The position numbers were made by a program, and so were the translations under genes. 64,000 nucleotides of DNA from Acidocella sp. (GTDB taxonomy: Bacteria; Pseudomonadota; Alphaproteobacteria; Acetobacterales; Acetobacteraceae): positions 26-64,025 of the forward strand of contig DAIDEE010000005.1 in assembly GCA_027308685.1 (NCBI GenBank), in the 5' to 3' direction. The notes under the pieces are model-generated. The model searched no databases, was not told the origin of the DNA, and saw only the letters and a program-made list of their open reading frames with translations. Of this stretch, positions 38,261 to 47,249 are shown one piece after another. How positions within the stretch are numbered: position 1 is the stretch's first letter; each line of letters opens with the position of its first letter.

Positions 38261-39450
38261 TTACGAAGAAAGGTCCACAGCATTGCCAATTGCGCGGCGC
38301 CATCACCACCGCCCACGGCCCGCCACATCGGGATCGCCTTATTTGGCTCACCAGCCATTGCATAGGCCATGCCCATTTCCAGCTCGGCCTGGTCGATCTG
38401 CCTGAGCGCACCGCTGCGGATGGATTGCTCCATCAGGCCGATGCCGGCGTTATCGCCGCCAGCCACATCGTTAAACCCGATGTCAAACAAAGTTTGAAAA
38501 TCCTTGGCAGCTAGAGCCTGAGTTGCCTGCTGGGAGGCCTCCGCTTTGGCGGCATCACGGCGCTTATCCACCAAAGCCTTCAAACGATTCTGCCGGTCCA
38601 GGTCTGCTCCACTGCCGAGCAAGCCATTTTTTTGGCCGGTAGCAAAAATCTGCTCGGCGGTGTTGGGCAAACCAGTCTGCAAAGCCTCCTGCGTATATTC
38701 CATATAATCGGGTTCTGGTGCCGCAACGCCAGCCGCCAGCTTCAACCGGAAAAAATCCAGCGCCAGGCGGTCGCTATAGGCCGGGTTTGACTGCAACTGG
38801 CCCAACAGCCCGCTCCAATAAGTAGGATTTGGATAAAACTGCACCAGCAGGCTCATATCTGCCACGTAGCCGGTCATGTTTTTGGCGTTTGTGTCGCAAT
38901 AGGCCAGCATTTGCAGTTCGTTTTCTGCCGGTGCGTGGCCGCCGTGCGTCGCTGACTTGATGGCTGGCGCCATATCCGCGCTGATCGATTTACAATCGCC
39001 CATCTGATAATAGGATTGCAGCAAAATCGGGTGAAAGCGCTGATCGCCAGCCAAATAGGCCTTAATGGTTTGCACCGTTTTGGCGTATTCGCCAGCCTGG
39101 TATTGCGAACTTGCCAGGGATTCAGCGATGGTTTGGGTTTGCGCTGGCGGCAGTGCGCCAGTTGCCAGAATGGCGGCATAGTCATTGGAGGCCGCCGCAT
39201 GATTACCCGACCCTGTGTCGATCGCCGCCCGCAACTGTGCGATGGTAAGCTGCTCGTCCGGGGTTTTGTTCGGCACCGCTTCCGCCTGCGCCACCGCGGC
39301 GAGTGCCGCCGCATATTTGTGGGCGCTCAGCAAATGTTCGGCATTCAGCAACGGCGTTGCAAGCGCCGCCGGCATCGGGTCGGCGGCGGCGGTTGTCGCC
39401 AGTAGGGTTACGAACCCCGCGACACAGCACATTGTATTCAGCATTTTCAT
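38257..39450 (-). CDS. Exported TPR-like alpha-helical protein at the end of the tonB-exbBDD cluster
   Basis: Signal peptide ending AAA-D, with repeated helical Ala/Tyr/Gln patterns. Confidence 0.7.
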   Translation of the reverse strand: MKMLNTMCCVAGFVTLLATTAAADPMPAALATPLLNAEHLLSAHKYAAALAAVAQAEAVPNKTPDEQLTIAQLRAAIDTGSGNHAAASNDYAAILATGALPPAQTQTIAESLASSQYQAGEYAKTVQTIKAYLAGDQRFHPILLQSYYQMGDCKSISADMAPAIKSATHGGHAPAENELQMLAYCDTNAKNMTGYVADMSLLVQFYPNPTYWSGLLGQLQSNPAYSDRLALDFFRLKLAAGVAAPEPDYMEYTQEALQTGLPNTAEQIFATGQKNGLLGSGADLDRQNRLKALVDKRRDAAKAEASQQATQALAAKDFQTLFDIGFNDVAGGDNAGIGLMEQSIRSGALRQIDQAELEMGMAYAMAGEPNKAIPMWRAVGGGDGAAQLAMLWTFLRN

Positions 39451-39466
39451 GCCCGTCTCCGGTCGT

Positions 39467-39898
39467 TTACTGCGCATATTGCTCGTTACCTACAATCCCA
39501 ATTTTGGTCACACCCAGACGCTGGGCCGCGGCCATCACCGCAATCACGGCGCTGTAATTGGCCAGTTTGTTCGGGTTGATATGTACTTCCGCCTGGGTTG
39601 GTTCGGAGGCAATGGCGGACAGCTTTTGCGCGAGCGTGGCGCTGTCGGGCACCACCACGCCATTCCAGGAAACCGTACCGTCAAAATCGATATCGATCTG
39701 CACCACTTCCGGCTGCACCAAAGGCGGTGGCGGGTTACCGGAAGGTAAATTCAAATTCACCGCATGTAACTGAATGGGAATGGTAATAATCAGCATCACC
39801 AGCAGAACCAACATCACGTCGATTAAAGGCGTGGTGTTGATATCCACCATTTCTTCCGGTTCATCCGACCCGCCACGCGAGCCAATATTCATACCCAT
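39467..39898 (-). CDS. exbD: Biopolymer transport protein ExbD
   Basis: DINTTPLIDVMLVLLVMLII. Confidence 0.92.
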   Translation of the reverse strand: MGMNIGSRGGSDEPEEMVDINTTPLIDVMLVLLVMLIITIPIQLHAVNLNLPSGNPPPPLVQPEVVQIDIDFDGTVSWNGVVVPDSATLAQKLSAIASEPTQAEVHINPNKLANYSAVIAVMAAAQRLGVTKIGIVGNEQYAQ

Positions 39899-39912
39899 AC
39901 TGCGTACCCCCG

Positions 39913-40347
39913 TTAGTTTCCCGCACCATGCGGCGGTGGTTCGGTAATGAAACCTACTTTGAGAATGCCCACATGCTGGCAGGCATACATTACCTCACCG
40001 ATAAATTTATATTGCACATTGGCATCGCCACGAATTTCAATCGTCGGCTGCGGGGTTATCACCGCCACCTTCGTCAGGTCGTCCACCAACGTTGGCAGGT
40101 CCTTTACATATGTCTGGTTCCAGAAAATATCGCCATTTTTATTGACAGAGATGTTGATATTCTGCGGCGTGGTTTGCAGCGGCTGGTTGCGCTCCTTCGG
40201 CAGCACAACCGGCACCGTGTGCGTCACCACCGGAATGGTGATGAGGAAGATGATGAGCAGCACCAGCATCACGTCCACCAGAGGCGTGGTGTTAATGGTG
40301 GAGACAACCTCATCCTCATCGGCTGAGCTACCAATTTGCATCGCCAT
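39913..40347 (-). CDS. exbD: Biopolymer transport protein ExbD
   Basis: TINTTPLVDVMLVLLIIFLI and IRGD. Confidence 0.92.
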   Translation of the reverse strand: MAMQIGSSADEDEVVSTINTTPLVDVMLVLLIIFLITIPVVTHTVPVVLPKERNQPLQTTPQNINISVNKNGDIFWNQTYVKDLPTLVDDLTKVAVITPQPTIEIRGDANVQYKFIGEVMYACQHVGILKVGFITEPPPHGAGN

Positions 40348-40350
40348 AGA

Positions 40351-41265
40351 TCAGGCTCCGCGTGGTGTTGGGTTGGTGCTTAGCAGCACGAATAATAGTT
40401 TTTTGGCAAATTTGCGGGTTAGCTCCATCACTTTTTTATTGCGGCGAACCAGGAAGTTATAGCCCAGCACCGCCGGCACCGCGACAGCAAGACCGATGGC
40501 TGTCATGATCAGGGCTTCACCCACTGGGCCTGCGACTTTGTCGATACTGGCCTGGCCAGCGATGCCAATGGCGGTGAGCGCATGGTAAATACCCCAGACA
40601 GTGCCAAACAACCCGACAAACGGTGCGGTGGAGCCAACGGTGCCCAGCAATGCCAGGCCTTCCTGCATCCGGCTCTGCACGGCCTCAACGCCGTCTTGAA
40701 TCTGGCTTTCAGCGAAGCTGTGAATATCGATTTTATCCAGCAAGCCAGTGTGCTTATCGAGTGATTCCACGCCGCAACTGGCGACATATTGTAACGCTGT
40801 GCCTTTTTTGAGGGTATCCGCAGCGGCCTGAACCGAACTGGCATTCCAGAAGGTTTTGTCAGCGACCTTGGCTTCTTTGATCAATTTGCTCTGGCTGAAT
40901 GCCTTGGTGATCAGCACATACCAACTGCTCATCGACATGATCACCAAAATCAGCAGCGTGCCACGGGCGACGAAATCACCGCCAGCCCATAGGGCGCCCA
41001 AACCATACGGGTTGGCTACATTTTCAATGGTGGTGGCCGCAACCGGTGGCGGTGCCACCGGCGGCGCAGCCGCGCTGGCGTCAGCCGGTGCCGCCGCTGG
41101 AGCAGCGGCAGGGGCGGCGGCAGGGGCGGCGGTTGCATCAGGAGCGGCTGGTGCCGACATCGCCGCCGGGGGCTGGGTTTGTGCGTGGGCGATATGACCC
41201 AGAGCAACCGCAGCTGTGCTGAAGGCCGCCAGTGTTAACGCAATATGAAGTTTGGAGTTTTTCAT
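40351..41265 (-). CDS. exbB: ExbB (MotA/TolQ/ExbB) with N-terminal signal and Ala/Pro-rich extension
   Basis: LGTVGSTAPFVGLFGTVWGI and EALIMTAIGLAVAVPA. Start ATG 41265. Confidence 0.92.
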   Translation of the reverse strand: MKNSKLHIALTLAAFSTAAVALGHIAHAQTQPPAAMSAPAAPDATAAPAAAPAAAPAAAPADASAAAPPVAPPPVAATTIENVANPYGLGALWAGGDFVARGTLLILVIMSMSSWYVLITKAFSQSKLIKEAKVADKTFWNASSVQAAADTLKKGTALQYVASCGVESLDKHTGLLDKIDIHSFAESQIQDGVEAVQSRMQEGLALLGTVGSTAPFVGLFGTVWGIYHALTAIGIAGQASIDKVAGPVGEALIMTAIGLAVAVPAVLGYNFLVRRNKKVMELTRKFAKKLLFVLLSTNPTPRGA

Positions 41266-41323
41266 GGCTTTTCTCTCAGAAAAAACGAAAGGACGGTTAA
41301 ATGAAACAGCAATGTCAACGGCA

Positions 41324-41941
41324 CTAATTAGCTTGGAACTCAAACGGTGCACGCACCTGCACATCCTGCCCCTGCCCCTTGCAGGACAATGCCGCCACCC
41401 CAGCCAAGGCCAGTGCATTTACGCCCTGGAAGTTGGAGGACACGATGGTGGCGTTACTCACCTGGCCGGTGGCGCTCACGGTGAACTGAACCACAACATC
41501 AGCGGTATTCACGCCAGATGTATCGGCGATATCCTGAAAGGCTGACGATAATTTTTTCGCTACGGCCACCACATTCGGACACACCACACCCACGCTGGTA
41601 TTGGGCGTCTGCGGCGCTGTGCTTTGCGGCGCGCTCGGCTTGGCGCTGGTAACAGCAAAGACTTGTTGCGGCGGTGCCTGGACCTGAATAATCGGCGGCG
41701 GCACGTAAGGCGGCGGCGGTGCGGCCAGCAAAGGCGGCGGCGGTAGAACGACCTGCGGTGGCGGCGGCGGCGGTGTGGTCTGCTGAATGATTTTAATTTC
41801 GAGCGGCTTCTTGATCATCTCAACGGCGCTTGTCGCGAGCCCGCTGACCAGCGCGTACACCAGAAACACATGCAGCAGAATGACAACACCAATTCCGATG
41901 ATGGTATTGCGGCTCGGTCCTTGGCTGTCACTAAAATCCAT
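41324..41941 (-). CDS. tonB: TonB family energy transducer
   Basis: N-terminal TM helix with conserved His (LLHVFLV), Pro-rich spacer, and C-terminal VVVQFTVSATGQV. Confidence 0.85.
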   Translation of the reverse strand: MDFSDSQGPSRNTIIGIGVVILLHVFLVYALVSGLATSAVEMIKKPLEIKIIQQTTPPPPPPQVVLPPPPLLAAPPPPYVPPPIIQVQAPPQQVFAVTSAKPSAPQSTAPQTPNTSVGVVCPNVVAVAKKLSSAFQDIADTSGVNTADVVVQFTVSATGQVSNATIVSSNFQGVNALALAGVAALSCKGQGQDVQVRAPFEFQAN

Positions 41942-42050
41942 TGTCGTTCCTATCCCATCGATCCCTGCCTGAGGCCGGTATTTTTACCGTGGCCAGGGAG
42001 GGAGTTTTTAAGGCACGTATAATCGCTTGAGTATATCTTGTCTTTAGGGG

Positions 42051-42080
42051 CCGCCAGACCGGCTTGCGCCAGACCGGCGG
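42051..42080 (-). terminator. Stem-loop with GCAA tetraloop after the TBDR gene
   Basis: Minus strand CCGCCGGTCTGGC-GCAA-GCCGGTCTGGCGG, containing a 12-bp direct repeat. Confidence 0.45.
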
Positions 42081-42095
42081 TTATTGATCAGTCCT

Positions 42096-44510
42096 TTAGA
42101 ACGTGTATTTCAAAGTACCTTTGAACGTCTGGCCGTCGAACGCACGGGCCGAAGTACCTGATGCCGGGGCACCTGGCAGACCATTGCTGGTACCGTCATA
42201 TTCGGTGTAGGCCAGGGTGTTCAGAATATTGTTGCCTGTGAATAGCAGCGCCAGATGCGGTGTAATTTGGTAATTCACGAAAGCATTGAACAACACATAG
42301 CCCGGCATCACGATGTTATTCTGGTCGTTGGCAAAGGATGATGTTGTTCCAATCGCGCTACCGCCCACGGTAATCGCACCGTATGTGTAGGATGGCGCCA
42401 CCTGGAATATCCAGTCAGCCTGACGTTGCGGTACGTTGCCCTTAACGCTGCCGCCGGTACCGTAGGTTTCAGTCGTCGCGGTGATCCGTGAATGCGTATA
42501 GGTTGCACCGCCGGTCACCCGGAAGCCTCCATACACATAACCCAATTCAATTTCCGTACCATAAGCGTCGTACTTATTGGCAGAAGAAACCTGCGTGGTC
42601 GCACTGTAGTTTGATTCAGCCGTCTGGGCATCAAAGAGCGTTACAAATGCGTTGAAGTTGCCATAACGCGCCTTCACGCCGCCTTCATACTGCATAACCG
42701 TATTGATCGGCACCGGCACCGAGCCGTTTAGCTGTTGCGCTCCCGGACCATTGATCACGCGGTCGGCGTTAAAGGAGGAGCCGTCGCTGACACGAGCAAA
42801 CACCGCGAGGTCGCGGTTGAACTGATAGTTCGTACCGATTGAATAAGACGTGTGCTTCACAGTGTAGTTGATCGGCGACGAGCCATTTTGATAAACGGCG
42901 TTGTTATTCGGCGCAGGATTGCCGTTGGCACTTGCGAATGAGTACGAACCGCTCGCCTGCTGAATATCCTCACGAACGCTGGCATCTGACGTGAAATTAC
43001 CAATCGACCAGCCCAAATCAAAATAGGGCGACATCGTAAGGTAAGAGCCGTTGATGACGCGCTCACAGCAATGACCGAAGCCGCTGCCGAGGCCACCAGC
43101 CTGCAAGTTGGCGCCGGTGGGACCATAAGGGCCATTCACCGCGTTCAAAAACTGTGGGTTATTGCCTGATAAGGTTGCATAATACTGGTTGAAGTCCCAG
43201 GTCAGATTGACCTTCTGCTGCGCCACGTAAAAGCCGACCGTCGGGGTGAAAGTGCCAAACGAACCTTCATCCAAAGGCGGTGCGGAAATTTTCAGATCGT
43301 TCGCAATGTTGCTGAGGTCATTCAGCTTGGTGTCAAACGTAATCAAACCAAAAGCCGCGCCATTGTAGGCCTGGCCAGCATTGGGGCCGGTGCCATAGGT
43401 GGCGCCGGTTAATGTCACACCATTATCGGACGGGTAAAGACCAAGGAAATTTCCGGTATTATCGGAATAGCGGAAATTATCGTCGATATTGATGCCGTTA
43501 TCAAAGGTCTTGTTGAACTCCCCACCGACCGACTTGGTTTCAGCGTAGTTACCGGTGCCTATATTGGTCGAACGCAGACCGTTTGCGCCGGTTAACGTGG
43601 TGTCTGTGCCGAAATATTTTGAGTAAAAGCTGGCCGTACGCGGGTCGATACCCGGCAAGGCGGTAATGGTATTGTTCACGATACTGACCGGTACCGGCAA
43701 GTCGGTCGGGGTGATGTCGTTCAAATATTTAAAGTTCAGACGAACGAAGCCACCTTCGATATCGTGGGTGAAGTTGCCGTGAATCTGGCCACCGTTGACG
43801 ATCGTTGTGCCGGCGTTGCGGGTGCCATTGCCGGTATTGTAAAAGCCAGCAATTTCGTAACGATTATTGGCATCGATCGGACCACCGTAGTCGAAATCGA
43901 GGCGCTGTTCGTTATAGCCGAGACCACTGGTAGCAGACACGCTGCCGCCCTGGGTCTTACCGGTCTTATCGATGAAGTTGATGATGCCGCCTGGCGCATT
44001 GGTGGCCAGCGTGGAGGCGGAACCGCCGCGCACAACCTGCACCTGGTCAAGCATCCCGTCGATGCGAATAAAGCTATCCGGCGTGGCAAACGCGATGTCG
44101 CCAAAGTCCAGAACCGGCAAACCGTTCTCCTGGAATTGCACATAGCGCGAACCGCCAGCCGAAATTGGCAGGCCGCGGACGGTCACGTTAGCGTTGCTTT
44201 CGCCGCCGGAAGCCTGCGATTGCACACCCGGTATGTTACGGATCACATCGGCAGCACTGGAAGCACCCGACACGGCAATGGCCTGCGCTCCCAATGTGGA
44301 GACCGAAACCGAAGATTTCATCTTGGTGACTTTACGGGCGGTACCCGTCACCACGATTTTGTCAAGGCTGAGCGGAGATGCCTGGGTGGTTGCAGAGGCG
44401 GCGGTTTGCGCGTGAGCAACAGCCAGCGGCACCAGCGCGGCCGTCATCGCGCCTAATACAATATAACTAGACCGCAAACCACGGCCATGCAGACGTCGAA
44501 TACTCGCCAT
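42096..44510 (-). CDS. TonB-dependent outer membrane receptor (putative sugar transporter)
   Basis: Signal peptide, TonB box DKIVVTGT, plug domain (IPGVQ...VRGL...VVRGGSAS...PGGIINFI) and C-terminal KYTF. Confidence 0.93.
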   Translation of the reverse strand: MASIRRLHGRGLRSSYIVLGAMTAALVPLAVAHAQTAASATTQASPLSLDKIVVTGTARKVTKMKSSVSVSTLGAQAIAVSGASSAADVIRNIPGVQSQASGGESNANVTVRGLPISAGGSRYVQFQENGLPVLDFGDIAFATPDSFIRIDGMLDQVQVVRGGSASTLATNAPGGIINFIDKTGKTQGGSVSATSGLGYNEQRLDFDYGGPIDANNRYEIAGFYNTGNGTRNAGTTIVNGGQIHGNFTHDIEGGFVRLNFKYLNDITPTDLPVPVSIVNNTITALPGIDPRTASFYSKYFGTDTTLTGANGLRSTNIGTGNYAETKSVGGEFNKTFDNGINIDDNFRYSDNTGNFLGLYPSDNGVTLTGATYGTGPNAGQAYNGAAFGLITFDTKLNDLSNIANDLKISAPPLDEGSFGTFTPTVGFYVAQQKVNLTWDFNQYYATLSGNNPQFLNAVNGPYGPTGANLQAGGLGSGFGHCCERVINGSYLTMSPYFDLGWSIGNFTSDASVREDIQQASGSYSFASANGNPAPNNNAVYQNGSSPINYTVKHTSYSIGTNYQFNRDLAVFARVSDGSSFNADRVINGPGAQQLNGSVPVPINTVMQYEGGVKARYGNFNAFVTLFDAQTAESNYSATTQVSSANKYDAYGTEIELGYVYGGFRVTGGATYTHSRITATTETYGTGGSVKGNVPQRQADWIFQVAPSYTYGAITVGGSAIGTTSSFANDQNNIVMPGYVLFNAFVNYQITPHLALLFTGNNILNTLAYTEYDGTSNGLPGAPASGTSARAFDGQTFKGTLKYTF

Positions 44511-44596
44511 TTTGTTTCCTCTCTGTTGATAAGAGGTTTCACGGCGGTATCGCCGCGCCCCCCTCTTTTTGTTAACAAGGGTGTTTTGAACTAAAA

Positions 44597-44610
44597 TGCA
44601 ATCGATTGCA
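44597..44610. promoter_or_regulatory. LacI-family operator 2
   Basis: Second perfect TGCAATCGATTGCA, 87 bp upstream of the TBDR start. Confidence 0.78.
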
Positions 44611-44744
44611 ATAACTATGTATGAAAATATTTCCGCGGCGGTTGACGCGGTAAACCACCAGCTTCACGTCAGGAATTTTTTTCTACAGGTTTGTTTTTTC
44701 AACAATTTTTCTAAATGGGTGTATTAACCACGCCCTTGAGGCGG

Positions 44745-45782
44745 CTATTTTGCGCCGCAAGACGCCCGCACAACCAATGAGGTTGGTAATATTGTTGACT
44801 GCGTTGGCGTGCCGTTCAAGCGATGAAACAACGTTTCAACCAGCGCTTTGGCCCCCCCTCCGATATCTTGCCGCACGGTTGTCAATGCCGGCGTGTAGGC
44901 GGCTGCAAGCATAATGTCGTCGAATCCGACGATTGAGACGTCCACCGGGACCCGGATACCGCGCTGGTCGAACACGTTGATCGCTGCAATCGCCACGAGG
45001 TCTGACGCTGCAAACACCGCATCGAACGGCAATTTTTTGTCAAGAAATCCGTTCATCGCCTTGCGGGCGCCTAGCCGGTCGAACGGCACGCGGCATTCCA
45101 AGGAGGGGTCCAGGGCAATATCAGCCTTTTCGAGGGCCGCGACATAGCCTGCATAGCGCTCACCGATTTCAGGCAAAATTTTATCACCAAAAAACGCGAT
45201 GCGCCGATGGCCCAGCGCCACCAGATGCTGCACGGCCATCACAGCCCCATTGTAATTATCCGACCCTACCGTGAGATAATGATTATCCGGTAGCGCCGCC
45301 CCCCACACCACCAGCGGTTCGTAGCGTGAGGCCAGCTCATTGATGACGGCATTCTGGGTGGACTGGCCGATCACAACCACCCCATCCGAACGGCGCTCAT
45401 TGATCAATTCAACCAAGCCGCGTGGCTCGCCGGGGGCGATTTTATGCAGCAGCAAATCATAATGGCGGTCTGACAATTCATCGGCCAGATACCCAAGCAT
45501 TTCCAGAAAAAACGGGTCTGAAAACCCCGAATCAACTTCATGCAACAGCGGGAACACCACACTGATTGTGCCGGTTTTTTGCAAGCGCAAATTACGGGCG
45601 CGCAAATCCAGCACATAGCCGTGGTCTTCGGCGATTTTTTTAATCCGCAGGCGGGTTGCTTCGTTAATCAGCGGATTATCAGAAAGGGCCCGCGAAACAG
45701 TCGATTCTGAGACGCCCGCTAAACTGGCAATGTCTGACATTTTAACATTCGCCATACTGCGGGCACCGTCCATTTTTTCCAT
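44745..45782 (-). CDS. LacI family transcriptional regulator (start may be ATG 45752)
   Basis: KMSDIASLAGVSESTVSRAL HTH, hinge ARNLR, and VSIVGFDD...LTTVRQ. Confidence 0.94.
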   Translation of the reverse strand: MEKMDGARSMANVKMSDIASLAGVSESTVSRALSDNPLINEATRLRIKKIAEDHGYVLDLRARNLRLQKTGTISVVFPLLHEVDSGFSDPFFLEMLGYLADELSDRHYDLLLHKIAPGEPRGLVELINERRSDGVVVIGQSTQNAVINELASRYEPLVVWGAALPDNHYLTVGSDNYNGAVMAVQHLVALGHRRIAFFGDKILPEIGERYAGYVAALEKADIALDPSLECRVPFDRLGARKAMNGFLDKKLPFDAVFAASDLVAIAAINVFDQRGIRVPVDVSIVGFDDIMLAAAYTPALTTVRQDIGGGAKALVETLFHRLNGTPTQSTILPTSLVVRASCGAK

Positions 45783-45884
45783 GGTTTTTATAGAGCATCA
45801 ATGCTGCGCGATCAATTATGGTGCAGGTTGGCAGCGCTGTGCAGGCGCTTATGCCTGTAGAATTGTAAAGATCTGGCCCCTTTT

Positions 45885-45993
45885 GAAGCCGCCCTGCCTG
45901 CCGGGTTTGGCTCCGCATCGGGCGCAAAACCCGTCGGGAAACCCCGGGCGGTTCAGGCGTGGTCCAGGGGCGAGCCCCTTGGCCTTACTTACC
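45885..45993. repeat. REP-like hairpin repeat related to the 17231-17425 element
   Basis: 45972-45993 matches 17395-17416 at 20 of 22 nt, preceded by a long GC hairpin at 45885-45954. Confidence 0.6.
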
Positions 45994-46031
45994 GCTTCCG
46001 AAACACCCCCCCGGCAGTGTATCATCACCCT

Positions 46032-46505
46032 ATGACAAAGGCGGATGGGTTTTGGCGGGTTAAGTCGTTGGCGGCGATGTCCAGGGCTGAATGGGAGTCG
46101 TTGTGTGATGGCTGTGGGCGATGTTGCCTGCATAAGCTGCGCGATGAGGACACTGACGAGATTAGCTTTACCAACGTGGCGTGCCGGTTGCTGGATTTGA
46201 AAACCAGCCAGTGTTCGGATTATCCAAACCGGCGCAAAAAAATACCTGATTGTGTGCAATTGACGCCAGCGAAGTTGAAGACGGTGGATTGGCTGCCGCC
46301 AACCTGTGCGTACCGGCTGCTCGGCGAGGGCAAGGATTTGTACCCCTGGCATCCTCTGATTTCAGGACGTGCTGAGAGCGTGCAGGAAGCGGGGGTTTCG
46401 GTGGCGGGGCGAGCGTTGAGCGAGCGCGACGCCGGGCCGCTGGAGCATCATTTGGTGGAATGGCCGGGCCAGGTGCCAAAGCGCAAACGGGCCGTAGGCA
46501 CATGA
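46032..46505 (+). CDS. YcgN family cysteine cluster protein
   Basis: [17 protein letters not shown]...CSDY..R...PDC and WLPPTCAYR. Confidence 0.9.
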   Translation: MTKADGFWRVKSLAAMSRAEWESLCDGCGRCCLHKLRDEDTDEISFTNVACRLLDLKTSQCSDYPNRRKKIPDCVQLTPAKLKTVDWLPPTCAYRLLGEGKDLYPWHPLISGRAESVQEAGVSVAGRALSERDAGPLEHHLVEWPGQVPKRKRAVGT

Positions 46506-47203
46506 ATGAACTGGTGACCGAACTGGTGCCGGTGCGGGGCGAGTTGGCCAGTGTGGCGTTTAAGCGCAGCGCGCGGGCGCGAAAAATATCGCTCAGGGTT
46601 GATGCAGCGCAGGGCGGGATTGTGATTACGCTGCCGATGCGGGCCTCGCGCAAGGCGGGGTTATCGTTATTGCAGACCCATGAGGATTGGGTGGCGGAGC
46701 GGCTGGCCTCGTTGCCGCAGGCGCTGCCATTTGTCGCGGGTGCGGTGGTGCCGATTTGCGACGTGGGGCATGTCATTACGCCGGTGAGCAATGCCCGCGG
46801 TGGCGCGTGGGTGGCGGAGGGCCGGATTTATGTGACAGGTGGCCCAGAGTTTTTGAGCCGGCGGGTGGCGGATTGTTTGAAGCGTCTGGCCAAGCAAAAG
46901 CTCACCGCGATGGCGGCGGAAAAAGCCAAGCAAGCGGGGGTAAATCCAAAAAACGTGCGGATGAAGGATACGCGCACGCGCTGGGGCAGTTGTGCGCCGG
47001 ACGGCACGCTGGCGTTTTGCTGGCGGTTGATTTTGGCGCCGGAATTTGTGCAGGATTACGTGGTGGGTCATGAGGTGGCGCATTTGCGGCACATGAATCA
47101 TGGCAAGCATTTTTGGGCCTTGACGGAAACCCTCACGGTGCATCGTGCCGCTGCCAGCGCATGGCTGGGTGTCAACGGCCAGGCGCTATTGAGGATTGGT
47201 TAG
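46502..47203 (+). CDS. M48/SprT-like (DUF45/YgjP) metal-dependent hydrolase
   Basis: [23 protein letters not shown] and FWAL. Confidence 0.87.
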   Translation: MNELVTELVPVRGELASVAFKRSARARKISLRVDAAQGGIVITLPMRASRKAGLSLLQTHEDWVAERLASLPQALPFVAGAVVPICDVGHVITPVSNARGGAWVAEGRIYVTGGPEFLSRRVADCLKRLAKQKLTAMAAEKAKQAGVNPKNVRMKDTRTRWGSCAPDGTLAFCWRLILAPEFVQDYVVGHEVAHLRHMNHGKHFWALTETLTVHRAAASAWLGVNGQALLRIG

Positions 47204-47249
47204 AGCGGACCATTTATGAAGTGAGTTTGAGGTTTTACTGGGGGTCATC

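Larger units (their letters stand above)
27500..45782. other. TonB-dependent sucrose/fructoside utilisation locus linked to the Entner-Doudoroff pathway
   Basis: Contiguous lacI, TBDR, tonB-exbB-exbD-exbD-TPR, glk and MFS-GH68-pfkB-zwf-pgl-edd-eda-pgi, with two identical palindromic operators. Confidence 0.8.

Noticed and set aside
41660-41780. GGCGGC microsatellite-like runs
   Set aside because: They encode the proline-rich TonB spacer
45830-45850. CAGCGCTG palindrome upstream of lacI as an autoregulatory operator
   Set aside because: Only 8 bp and unlike the two TGCAATCGATTGCA sites, so it is expected by chance in GC-rich DNA
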